A stretch of 12,888 nt of DNA from a bacterium (GCA_041640455.1 JBEQAF010000062.1:1-12888); one strand, 5' to 3'. Shown: positions 1 to 8,315, counted from the first letter of the stretch. A program made the numbers and translations. The notes: generated by a model not told the origin, from the letters alone.

Positions 1-777
1 CCTCTCGCTTCCTGTCCAGCTATAACCATTATACCAGTGTCTTATCTGATCTATGTCTTTGTCTTCCAGATAGTCTGAAAAATAGCTTGTTAAATCTGGT
101 TCAGTATATCCGCATATTGATGAATACTTCCTGTTTATTGTTATATCCAGTAGATTGTTTAGCCCTGAGAAGATAGATGCCATGCCAAACTTACTTACCC
201 CTGTCATAAAGACAAACTTGATGTTTGCATCCTGCCCTTTTATCACTGAATAAAAGTTTTTTAGCCCTTCTCTCATCTCCTTTGCTATCTCTTTGTCCGT
301 TATGTTGTCCAGTATGGGCTTGTCATACTCGTCTATCAAAATAACCACGTTCCTGCCATATCTCTCCGAAGAGTTCAGTATTAGCTCTCTAAAACATGAT
401 GCCGCATTAGATATGTTTTCACACTCTATGTTTAGCCTCTTCATGTTCATTCTTAGTATCTCTATCATCTCGCTCTCAAGTTCAGACCTGGTCTTTAACA
501 CCTTGTTCGCAAAGCTTATGTGTATGACTGGATATCTTGTATCCCAGTCCCATCTGTCATAAATGTATAAGCCCTTAAATAGCTCTCTGTTACCCTCAAA
601 TGCCTCTTTTAATGTGTCTAAAAATAATGACTTGCCAAATCTCCTCGGTCTGCTTAGAAAATAGTAAACCCCTCTCTCTACAAGCTCAACTATATACGGA
701 GTCTTATCTACATATATGTAGCCTTCTTTAACTATCTTGCTTAATGTGCTTATACCTATTGGTAGCTTCTTTTTCAT
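1..777 (-). CDS. AAA-ATPase-like family protein (PF09820-type, usually fused to a C-terminal PD-(D/E)XK nuclease domain); partial, runs off the left edge
   Basis: Manual translation from ATG at 777, 259 codons without stop: MKKKLPIGISTLSKIVKEGYIYVDKT...FLSRPRRFGKSLFLDTL (Walker A)...VVILIDEYDKPILD (Walker B)...FMTGVSKFGMASIFSGLNNLLDI...ICGYTE...WYNGYSW. AGGAGG SD at 789-794 (minus). Not in the supplied ORF track. Confidence 0.93.
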   Translation of the reverse strand, partial: MKKKLPIGISTLSKIVKEGYIYVDKTPYIVELVERGVYYFLSRPRRFGKSLFLDTLKEAFEGNRELFKGLYIYDRWDWDTRYPVIHISFANKVLKTRSELESEMIEILRMNMKRLNIECENISNAASCFRELILNSSERYGRNVVILIDEYDKPILDNITDKEIAKEMREGLKNFYSVIKGQDANIKFVFMTGVSKFGMASIFSGLNNLLDITINRKYSSICGYTEPDLTSYFSDYLEDKDIDQIRHWYNGYSWTGSER

Positions 778-814
778 CCTGGTTATACCCTCCTGACCTG
801 CTTTACACTCTTCT

Positions 815-844
815 ATTATACAGCTACTTTCAGAAAACCTGAAA
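815..844 (-). promoter_or_regulatory. Putative promoter of the AAA-ATPase gene with an operator-like inverted repeat over the -35 region
   Basis: Perfect TATAAT on the minus strand (815-820) about 40 nt upstream of the ATG; weak -35; inverted repeat TTTCAG-N5-CTGAAA at 828-844. Confidence 0.45.
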
Positions 845-865
845 TCTTAATCTAAAAAGTCATAC

Positions 866-987
866 TGACCTACTCTTTTTTTGGAACAATAAAAATACGA
901 ATATATTTAAAGGGGGTGTTAACTATGCAACAGTCAAGGTATCCTGTTGAAAAGATTATACAGTTCCTTTCAGAAGCAGAGCTTTTA
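866..987 (+). pseudogene. Probable relic of an IS3-family element: left inverted repeat plus first ~21 codons of OrfA
   Basis: TGACCTACTC...TTGGAACA at 866 resembles IS3-family left ends (TGACCTGCCCC-type); AAGGGGGTG SD; ATG at 925 gives MQQSRYPVEKIIQFLSEAELL, resembling IS3/IS407-group OrfA starts (M..KRY/FT.EQII..LREAE.L). Similarity ends there. Recognised by eye only. Confidence 0.5.
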
Positions 988-1317
988 GACTTCTCTAAAG
1001 CTTTATTCTGCCTTAAAAATTTTAATCAAAAATTACCTTCGATAGACTTAGATAAAAACGTAAAGACATTTACTGCCAAAAAATATTCTCTTATTTATTC
1101 TGTTAAAAAAATGGGAACATATCATCGCTATCATAACCTCCAGTTCTTCCGAAATGATTTTAATTTCAGTTTTTTTAAAATAAGTTTTTAATGTTTTCAT
1201 ATTCCCAATATTCGGTAACTGTATTTATTGGTTTCAATTTTAGTTTGCCATGCTATTTAAATTTCCTTCACTTCTATGATAAATAGCCAGTCTTATCAAT
1301 TTTAACTGCTGAGTTTT

Positions 1318-2190
1318 TTATTTTTCGCCCTTAGTGAAAATTTGAGTTTTGTTCTCAAAAAACTCTGTTGCTGAAGATTTGTTTTCAGATTTTTCTTTCA
1401 GTTTAATCCCCCTCGTCTTATCTCCAATATCTGCTTTTCTTGTCTTTACCTGATAAACACCCCCTGTCTCCTCTACATTTAAATCTCCAGGCTTTGATGT
1501 GCTTGCATAAACTACCACTGATTCTTCTCCAAATGGAGGACTCACTTCAAGCTCAAAGCGATCGTTACCAGATGGGATTTCATAGACCACTCCACCATTA
1601 AAGTAGTTTTCTTTTCTATATGGATTTGGGAGAAGCTGATATACTTCACCTTTGGTATCTATGTAATGCACAAGGGCATAAAAAGGTTTGTTGCCTTTGA
1701 GATATATTTTTATTTTTTCTCCAGCCTTGTAATCTCTTTTGTCTGTCCAGACCTGAACATGAAGCGGTGCAGATGGATCATCTGCCAGTTTTGATTCAGA
1801 GATTTTTTTCATAGCCTTTTCTTCGGGTATAACCTCTGCTTTTATCTTTATTCTGTAACAATCCCCAAGGCTTTGATCTCTGTACCACGTTTTTTCCAGC
1901 TCCTGAATTATCTTAACAGTTGCCTTTGCATAAGCCTCAATCATGTCTTTCTGAAGCTCAAAGTCTTTAACCTCTGTTTGAGAAGATATGTATGTGGCTA
2001 CCTGCTCCACTGCTTTTCTTTTTGCCTCAGTAAGAGCCTGCTGCTCTGTTTGTTTCCTCGATTTATCATCGCCCATACAGGCGTACCCTTCCGCCTCAGT
2101 AATGGTTGACTGAGATGCATTAGCTAAAACTAAAGGAATGTCAACGGTTAGAAAAATATATGTGACCCAAAATAAAATCAGCTTTTTCAT
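1318..2190 (-). CDS. Secreted DUF4384 domain-containing protein with an N-terminal FlgT_N/LPP20-like region
   Basis: 290 aa; signal-peptide-like N-terminus; EAEGYA...ALTEAKRKAVEQV N-domain; VWTDKRDYKAGEKIKI...YIDTKGEVYQLLPN...YEIP...FELEVSPPFGEE matches the DUF4384 pattern; GGAGG SD at 2200-2204 (minus). Confidence 0.8.
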   Translation of the reverse strand: MKKLILFWVTYIFLTVDIPLVLANASQSTITEAEGYACMGDDKSRKQTEQQALTEAKRKAVEQVATYISSQTEVKDFELQKDMIEAYAKATVKIIQELEKTWYRDQSLGDCYRIKIKAEVIPEEKAMKKISESKLADDPSAPLHVQVWTDKRDYKAGEKIKIYLKGNKPFYALVHYIDTKGEVYQLLPNPYRKENYFNGGVVYEIPSGNDRFELEVSPPFGEESVVVYASTSKPGDLNVEETGGVYQVKTRKADIGDKTRGIKLKEKSENKSSATEFFENKTQIFTKGEK

Positions 2191-2389
2191 TATTTACAGC
2201 CTCCATAGATATTCTTTATAATCTGCCAGAGCTTTTATCTCTGACCTTAAACCATTTTTTATCAACTTCTATCTGCCATGTCTTAACAGGTTTAAAGTTA
2301 ATTTTATCTGATTTTTTTGAAAAATAAAAATTTAAAACAAAGTTCCAATATGGCACAGTCATTGATATTCAAATTAAACAAGTTTTTTT

Positions 2390-2418
2390 TTGATTTTTTT
2401 GAGAAAAGGTCTTATATT
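2390..2418 (+). promoter_or_regulatory. Putative sigma70 promoter for the zinc-ribbon/DUF2723 operon
   Basis: TTGATT (2390-2395), 17 nt, TATATT (2413-2418); GGAGG SD at 2456-2460 before ATG 2468. Confidence 0.5.
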
Positions 2419-2467
2419 ATATGTATAAATCTTAGAAAAAATCCTTATATAGTGTGGAGGTTCATAG

Positions 2468-2722
2468 ATGCCTACTTATGAGTATTTGTGTGAAAACTGT
2501 GGACATCAGTTTGAAAAGGAGCAGAAGATAACAGAAGAACCTTTAAAAAACTGTCCCAGTTGCGATGGAACTGTGAAAAGGTTGATCTCTACAGGCAACT
2601 TTATCTTAAAAGGTGGCGGATGGTATGTGACAGATTATTCAAGAGCCTCATCGGGTAACAGTTCTAAACCGACAACCTGCGGGGAAGCTCCAGCCTGCAG
2701 TAGCTGTCCTGCTTCAAAGTAG
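2468..2722 (+). CDS. FmdB-family zinc ribbon protein (CxxC_CxxC_SSSS type)
   Basis: [16 protein letters not shown]...CPSCDG..KRLIS...[13 protein letters not shown] followed by Ser-rich tail with CxxC; strong SD. Confidence 0.92.
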   Translation: MPTYEYLCENCGHQFEKEQKITEEPLKNCPSCDGTVKRLISTGNFILKGGGWYVTDYSRASSGNSSKPTTCGEAPACSSCPASK

Positions 2723-2723
2723 T

Positions 2724-2909
2724 ATGGAAGAGCTATTAATTGCAGTTATAGCTCTTCTATCCATATTTCTTTTTTTTAAGTTTTTAAAGCTTCTTGGTAA
2801 GCTTGTTTTTATTATCATACTTCTATGTTCCATAATCTTCTATCTTTACAAAACTAATCCTCACAAGCTTTATCAATTCTATGAGATCTTAAAACCCCTA
2901 TGGAAATAA
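2724..2909 (+). CDS. Small hydrophobic membrane protein (two predicted helices), function unknown
   Basis: 61 aa, very hydrophobic; starts 1 nt after the upstream stop and overlaps the next start by 10 nt, filling the gap exactly. Confidence 0.7.
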   Translation: MEELLIAVIALLSIFLFFKFLKLLGKLVFIIILLCSIIFYLYKTNPHKLYQFYEILKPLWK

Positions 2910-5002
2910 AGGACAGGCTTTTATATCCACTGATACTGAGCATTGGCTTTTTTTTTCTTTATCTTTTTTTTTCAGCGCCAACTATTGTATTTGGCGACTC
3001 TCCTGAGCTTATTCTTGCTTCCTATTCCCTCGGCATAGCCCATCCGCCAGGATATCCTGCCTATTCTCTGCTTTCCAGAGCCTTTTACTATCTTTTTTTC
3101 TTTGTTAATTATGCAAAATCCATAAATATCTTTTCTGCATTTACCTCTTCATTAACAATATTTATCTTTTATAAAACGCTGAGAAAGTTTGACATAAATA
3201 TTCTTATTGCCCTTCTCTGTTCCTTATCACTTGGATTTTCAGAGATTCTTTTTAAGCAGTCGGTAGTAGCTGAGGTTTATAGTCTTAACAACCTATTTTT
3301 TTCAATAAGCCTTTTTTGTTTTGTTGGATATATGAAGGATAAAGATCCGAGATCCGCATACCTCTTATTTTTTATTAGCGGTGTTGGGCTTGGCAATCAT
3401 CATACATTAATATCAATAATTTTTGCAGCTTTTGTTTATTTTTTTCTGATTGAACGAAGGTTTTCCCTGCTAATACCTTCGGTTATTTTTTTGATGTTTG
3501 GGTTTTCTGTATATCTTTATCTGCCTCTACGTTCAATAACCAATCCGCTTCTTGACTGGGGTAATCCTGAAGATTTGAAATCCTTTCTTGATGTCCTTTT
3601 AAGAAAACAGTTTGGCTTTGGCAATCAGACAAGGGATTTTAAAGGGTTTATAGAGCAGATAAGCCTCTACCTCAGCTTTCTTAATGATCAGCTCTGGGTT
3701 CTTTTAATAATTTTAATGCTCCCTGGCATTTATTTTATTGCTGTAAGATTAAAAATCAACTCCCTTCCCTTTTTTATAATCTTTTTGGTAAACGGTATTC
3801 TAACTCCCTTAGCTTTAAACTCAACAAGTGAAGATTTTTTTCTGGTAAAGGAGTTTCTTACACCTTCGGTTATGGCGGCATTAATCTTTATCTCCTTTGG
3901 TACCGAAATTATAAACCGTAGCTGGTCAAAATACCTGCTCCTATCAATATTTCTTTTTACCATCTGCTATAAGTTTTACTACGATATTGACTGGCTTGAC
4001 AAAAGAAAAGATTTTTACGCATATAAGCTCTCAAAAGATAGTATTGAAAGCGCCCCTCACAGTGCCTTTATTATCGGCGAGTCCGATTATACCCTTTTTC
4101 CGCTCTGGTATCTTCAGAATGTGGAGGGGTTACGAAAGGATCTGACCATACTTGATGCAGACTTTTTGATGCTACCGTGGTATCAGGAGCAGAATATAAA
4201 AAGACTGCCTATCTTAAAGGAGCTAATACCAGATATCTCGGGGCATGCCAAATCAAGAAAGGGTAGTTTTCTGGATGATGCAGTTCTTGAAGGATTTAAG
4301 CTTGATCAGGCAGCTCTTCTTGCCAGAAATATAAATGATCGGCTATCAAAGGAGGTGTTTTTAACATACGATTTTTATGAAATGGCAAAGGCTTATAAAC
4401 CAGAGCTTATAAAAAGCCTAAAACAGTATGGTGTGCTTTATCATCTTGCTTCAGGAAAAGAGCTTTTGTTTAACCCTAAAAATTTTGACCTTACTATTTT
4501 TTTGCAAAAAATTAGACTTCCTAAAGAGGAGCAGATATTTCTTAACCCATATGTGCCCTATCTGATTGAAAAGGCAGAAGAAGAGCTTAAACAGATGAAT
4601 TTTAAAAATGCTGTCTCATATCTTGAAAATGCCTATCTACTTGATCCTGCACCAGAAAAGGCTCTCTATCTTGCCTTTGCTCTGGCTGAAGCAAACATAG
4701 ACCTCGAAAGGGCTGAACAGTTTGCCATCTACGCAGATAAACTTTCACGGGGTATGCTACCCCGCATAAATCTTACAAAAGGCGTTATATATTTAAGAAA
4801 AAATAGGCTAAATGAGGCATTTACCTTTCTTTCTCGAGAAGATAATTTAACCCCCCTGAGCTGTCAGCCCAAGCTTTATCTTCTGGAGCTTTTTTTAAAA
4901 GCTAAAGATATGAACAAAGCCAGCGAAATCTATCAGTTTTTAATCCAAAACTGTGATGATTACATAAAAAAGAGGGCAGGTCTGATTTTTCAGAAAAGAT
5001 AG
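2900..5002 (+). CDS. DUF2723 / TMEM260-like multi-pass membrane glycosyltransferase (GT-C type) with C-terminal TPR-like repeats
   Basis: 700 aa; APTIVFGDSPEL...LGIAHPPGYP, QSVVAEVYSLN, GLGNHHT, YLYLPLRS..NPLLDWGNP, SDYTLFPLWYLQNVEGLRKD motifs; many hydrophobic segments; helical A..YLE.A..LDP type repeats near the C-terminus. Confidence 0.88.
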   Translation: MEIKDRLLYPLILSIGFFFLYLFFSAPTIVFGDSPELILASYSLGIAHPPGYPAYSLLSRAFYYLFFFVNYAKSINIFSAFTSSLTIFIFYKTLRKFDINILIALLCSLSLGFSEILFKQSVVAEVYSLNNLFFSISLFCFVGYMKDKDPRSAYLLFFISGVGLGNHHTLISIIFAAFVYFFLIERRFSLLIPSVIFLMFGFSVYLYLPLRSITNPLLDWGNPEDLKSFLDVLLRKQFGFGNQTRDFKGFIEQISLYLSFLNDQLWVLLIILMLPGIYFIAVRLKINSLPFFIIFLVNGILTPLALNSTSEDFFLVKEFLTPSVMAALIFISFGTEIINRSWSKYLLLSIFLFTICYKFYYDIDWLDKRKDFYAYKLSKDSIESAPHSAFIIGESDYTLFPLWYLQNVEGLRKDLTILDADFLMLPWYQEQNIKRLPILKELIPDISGHAKSRKGSFLDDAVLEGFKLDQAALLARNINDRLSKEVFLTYDFYEMAKAYKPELIKSLKQYGVLYHLASGKELLFNPKNFDLTIFLQKIRLPKEEQIFLNPYVPYLIEKAEEELKQMNFKNAVSYLENAYLLDPAPEKALYLAFALAEANIDLERAEQFAIYADKLSRGMLPRINLTKGVIYLRKNRLNEAFTFLSREDNLTPLSCQPKLYLLELFLKAKDMNKASEIYQFLIQNCDDYIKKRAGLIFQKR

Positions 5003-5003
5003 T

Positions 5004-5990
5004 CTATACTATGTGTTCGTAAGATTCTGGTCTTACAACAGTTTTTTTATTGTCCTTTAAAAGATAGAAGCCCTTTTTGGTTATCTTACCAACCTTTGTC
5101 AAAGGCAGTTTATGTTTTTCTGCAAGTTTAAAAATATCTTTTTCCTTCGAAGGATGGGCGGTAAATATCAGCTCGTAGTCATCTCCTCCATTTAGTATAA
5201 ACTGATAAATCTGATCCTCTGAAAATATGTTTTTTAGCCTTTCAAAGGGCTTTGTCCGAAAATTTTCATAATATAGCAAACATCCTACCTTGCTTTCTTC
5301 CAGAATATGGTTTAGATCTCCAAGAAAACCATCGCTTATGTCAATCATAGAATTGGCAAGCTTTCTTTCTGCAAGCTCTTTTGCAAAACCAAGCCTCAAC
5401 TTAGGTGTAAGAAAAGTCTTTGTAAACACTGAATATTTTTTATCTTTAACACCCTTTCTTAATAACTCAAGACCAGCCCGAGCATAGCCTATAACTCCTG
5501 TATGATATATATAATCTTCAGGTCTTGCTCCATCTCTAAATAGAGGTTTTGCCTTCATTATCCCGATAGCAGCCACTGTAATGGTCAAAAGCTGAGAAGA
5601 TGAGATATCTCCTCCGATTACAAAGATATTGTATTCATCTCCAGCTTTTTTTATGCCACTAATGATTTTGTTAATATCTTTCTCTTTGAAGTGGGGAGGG
5701 ATAAGAAGGCTTAAAAGCCCATAGGCTGGTCTGCCACCCATAGCAACAATATCGCTTATAGCTCTTACCACGGATTTAAAACCTATCTCCTCATAGCTCA
5801 TTCCAAGAGATATATCAAAATGAACCCCATCTACCATGTTATCTATGGTGTAGAGGTAATAATCTTTTCCCGTTTTTATAACTGCGCAGTCATCGCCGAT
5901 TGACTTTGTTATATCTGCAGCTGGAAGGATTTTTTTTATCTTGCCGATAAGGGAGAACTCTTTAATCTGGTTTCTAGATTTTTTCAACAT
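5004..5990 (-). CDS. thiL: Thiamine-monophosphate kinase
   Basis: EFSLI, IGDDCAV, DNMVDGVHF, SDIVAMGG, IGGD, MIDISDGFLGDL.HILEES, GGDDYEL motifs. Confidence 0.97.
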   Translation of the reverse strand: MLKKSRNQIKEFSLIGKIKKILPAADITKSIGDDCAVIKTGKDYYLYTIDNMVDGVHFDISLGMSYEEIGFKSVVRAISDIVAMGGRPAYGLLSLLIPPHFKEKDINKIISGIKKAGDEYNIFVIGGDISSSQLLTITVAAIGIMKAKPLFRDGARPEDYIYHTGVIGYARAGLELLRKGVKDKKYSVFTKTFLTPKLRLGFAKELAERKLANSMIDISDGFLGDLNHILEESKVGCLLYYENFRTKPFERLKNIFSEDQIYQFILNGGDDYELIFTAHPSKEKDIFKLAEKHKLPLTKVGKITKKGFYLLKDNKKTVVRPESYEHIV

Positions 5991-5993
5991 CGA

Positions 5994-6530
5994 TTATTTT
6001 CTGTACTCTTCAAGAATCTGATCCCATAAACCTTTAGCCTTTAAGATTAGTTCACAGACTTCTCTTACCGCACCTTTACCTGCATAGTTAAGGGTAATAT
6101 AATCTACCTCTTTTCTTACATCATAGGACGCATCTGGTACAGTAACACTTAACCCTACTCTTCTGAAAACGGGAATGTCAACTACATCGTCGCCAATAAA
6201 AGCCAGCTCCTCTTTCTTAAAGCCCTCTTCTTTTACAATCTTTTCTATAAAAAGCCTTTTATCAGAGGCGTTTTGAAAGACATATTCAATTCCAAGCTCC
6301 TTTGCACGAGTCTCCACAACTTTAGAATTTCTACCCGTTATTATTCCTGTTTTTATCCCAAAACGATGCAAAAGCTTAATCCCGTGTCCATCTCTTACGT
6401 GAAAGAACTTTAGCTCCCTACCTTCGCTATCGTAAATAATTCTTCCATCTGTAAGTACCCCGTCTACATCCATAAGAAGCAACTTAACTGCCTTTGCTTT
6501 TGCCAGTATCTGATCGCTGAAGAAAATCAT
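5994..6530 (-). CDS. kdsC: 3-deoxy-D-manno-octulosonate 8-phosphate phosphatase (HAD family)
   Basis: MDVDGVLTDG, F.VRDGHG, IITGR, IGDDVVD, GKGAVREVCELIL motifs; context. Confidence 0.96.
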   Translation of the reverse strand: MIFFSDQILAKAKAVKLLLMDVDGVLTDGRIIYDSEGRELKFFHVRDGHGIKLLHRFGIKTGIITGRNSKVVETRAKELGIEYVFQNASDKRLFIEKIVKEEGFKKEELAFIGDDVVDIPVFRRVGLSVTVPDASYDVRKEVDYITLNYAGKGAVREVCELILKAKGLWDQILEEYRK

Positions 6531-7492
6531 ACTACACCTGCTTTTAATATATCGTGCAGATGAATGATCCCCAAGGGCTTTCTGCTACCTTCTTTGTCAT
6601 ATACAAAAAGTGTTGTAATGGAGTAGCTTTCCATTATCTGAAGGGCTTTTGCTGCCAGCTCATCTTTCAAAGTATATTTGGGATTTTTTGTCATAATGTC
6701 AGAAGCTTTCATGGCAATAATATTCTCATATTTTTCAATAGCTCTTCTAAGATCTCCATCTGTTATTATGCCTGTCAGATTTCCTTCCTGATCTACTACA
6801 CCAGCCGTACCGAGCTTTTTTGATGAGATAACATATATGGTATCTTTCATTGAAGTATCTTCCTTAACAAGCGGGATATCCTCTCCAGAATGCATAAGAT
6901 CTGCTACTCTCAAAAACAACTTTTTTCCAAGAGCCCCTGCGGGATGTCTGAAGGCAAAATCTTCTTCCTTAAATCCTCTCAGCTTTATAAGCGCAACAGC
7001 GAGCGCATCTCCCATAACCAGTGTGGCAGTTGTGGATGCTGTAGGGGCGAGATTCAATGGACAGGCCTCTTTTTTAACGCCAATATCAAGCACCACATCA
7101 CCTGCTTTTGCAAGTGCTGACCTTTTTCTACCTGTCATAACTATCAGTTTATTCCCCATGCGTTTTATAATAGGCAATAGCCTTATAATCTCATCGGTCT
7201 CACCACTGTTTGATATGGCAATTACCACATCATTTTTAGAAAGCATACCAAGATCTCCGTGGAGCCCCTCTGAAGGATGCATAAAAAATGCTGGTGTGCC
7301 CGTGCTGGCAAAGGTAGCGGCAATCTTCTGCCCTATAATTCCAGACTTTCCGATACCAGTAACCACCACCTTACCTTTACAGGAAAGTAGAATATTACAG
7401 GCTTTTTCAAAGTTTTCATCAAGCTTTTTCTCTATCTCATCAAGGGCTGACCGCTCAATTTTTATAACTTCTTTTGCAACATCAATAAGCAT
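6527..7492 (-). CDS. kdsD: Arabinose-5-phosphate isomerase (KpsF/GutQ family; SIS plus two CBS domains)
   Basis: GIGKSG, ASTGTPAFFMHPSEGLHGDLG, ISNSGET, EACPLNLAPTAST, HPAGALG, GIITDGDLRR; 4-nt overlap with kdsC. Confidence 0.96.
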   Translation of the reverse strand: MLIDVAKEVIKIERSALDEIEKKLDENFEKACNILLSCKGKVVVTGIGKSGIIGQKIAATFASTGTPAFFMHPSEGLHGDLGMLSKNDVVIAISNSGETDEIIRLLPIIKRMGNKLIVMTGRKRSALAKAGDVVLDIGVKKEACPLNLAPTASTTATLVMGDALAVALIKLRGFKEEDFAFRHPAGALGKKLFLRVADLMHSGEDIPLVKEDTSMKDTIYVISSKKLGTAGVVDQEGNLTGIITDGDLRRAIEKYENIIAMKASDIMTKNPKYTLKDELAAKALQIMESYSITTLFVYDKEGSRKPLGIIHLHDILKAGVV

Positions 7493-8315
7493 GCTTTTCC
7501 TCTGCTACCAGCCTGTCTATCTCCAGAATCTTTGAAAGCAGTTTTTTAAGCTCACTGAGCCTGAAAGAGTTTGGACCATCACAAAAAGCATTGTCAGGAT
7601 CTTGATGAACCTCCATAAATATGCCATCCACACCGCATGCAACTGCTGCTCTTAAAAGATATGGGATCATCTCCCTGTCTCCTCCGCTACGGTCTCCAAG
7701 CCCACCCGGACGTTGAATGCTATGAGTTGCATCATAAACAACAGGATAACCCAGACTTCTCATTATAGGAAAGCTTCTAAAATCCACAACCAGATTATTG
7801 TATCCGAAAGTTGATCCTCTTTCTGTAAGAATTATCCTGTTATTGCCAGTGCTTAAAACCTTTTCCACTATATTTTTCATATCCCAGGGAGCCAGAAACT
7901 GACCTTTTTTTATATTAACAACCTTTCCTGCCCTTGCCACTTCAATCACAAGGTCTGTCTGTCTGCACAAAAACGCAGGAATCTGCATCACATCAAGCAC
8001 CTCACAGGCTGGCTCTATCTCTTCAAACCTGTGCACATCAGAAAGTATTGGTACATTAAATTCATCTTTAACCCGTTTTAATATCTTAAGCCCCTCTTTA
8101 AGCCCCGGACCTCTGTAAGATTTTAACGAGCTTCTGTTTGCCTTATCATAAGAAGACTTGAAGATAAAATTTATTTTAAGATCTCTGATAATATTTATTA
8201 GAATTTCAGCGGTTTTAAGAGCTCTATCCTCTCCCTCTATTACACAGGGACCGGCAATTAGGAATAGTGGGCAGTCTTTACCTACCTCAAAATTTCCAAT
8301 TTTAAATCTAACCAT
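7482..8315 (-). CDS. kdsA: KDO 8-phosphate synthase, probably metal-dependent class (AGPC cysteine present)
   Basis: [59 protein letters not shown]. Confidence 0.98.
   Translation of the reverse strand: MVRFKIGNFEVGKDCPLFLIAGPCVIEGEDRALKTAEILINIIRDLKINFIFKSSYDKANRSSLKSYRGPGLKEGLKILKRVKDEFNVPILSDVHRFEEIEPACEVLDVMQIPAFLCRQTDLVIEVARAGKVVNIKKGQFLAPWDMKNIVEKVLSTGNNRIILTERGSTFGYNNLVVDFRSFPIMRSLGYPVVYDATHSIQRPGGLGDRSGGDREMIPYLLRAAVACGVDGIFMEVHQDPDNAFCDGPNSFRLSELKKLLSKILEIDRLVAEEKHAY

Noticed and set aside
293..562. 89-aa plus-strand ORF
   Set aside because: Antisense shadow of the AAA-ATPase gene; Ser/Leu/Phe-rich, no SD.
916..1191. 91-aa ORF as a genuine full-length gene
   Set aside because: Only the first ~21 codons from ATG 925 look like a known protein (IS3 OrfA); the rest looks like AT-rich read-through.
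2191..2467. tRNA, riboswitch (e.g. TPP for thiL) or other structured RNA in the intergenic regions
   Set aside because: Very AT-rich with no cloverleaf or riboswitch consensus visible; thiL has only a 3-nt upstream gap. A covariance-model search was not possible.
6837..7535. 232-aa plus-strand ORF
   Set aside because: Antisense mirror frame of the conserved kdsD/kdsA genes; no recognisable motifs.
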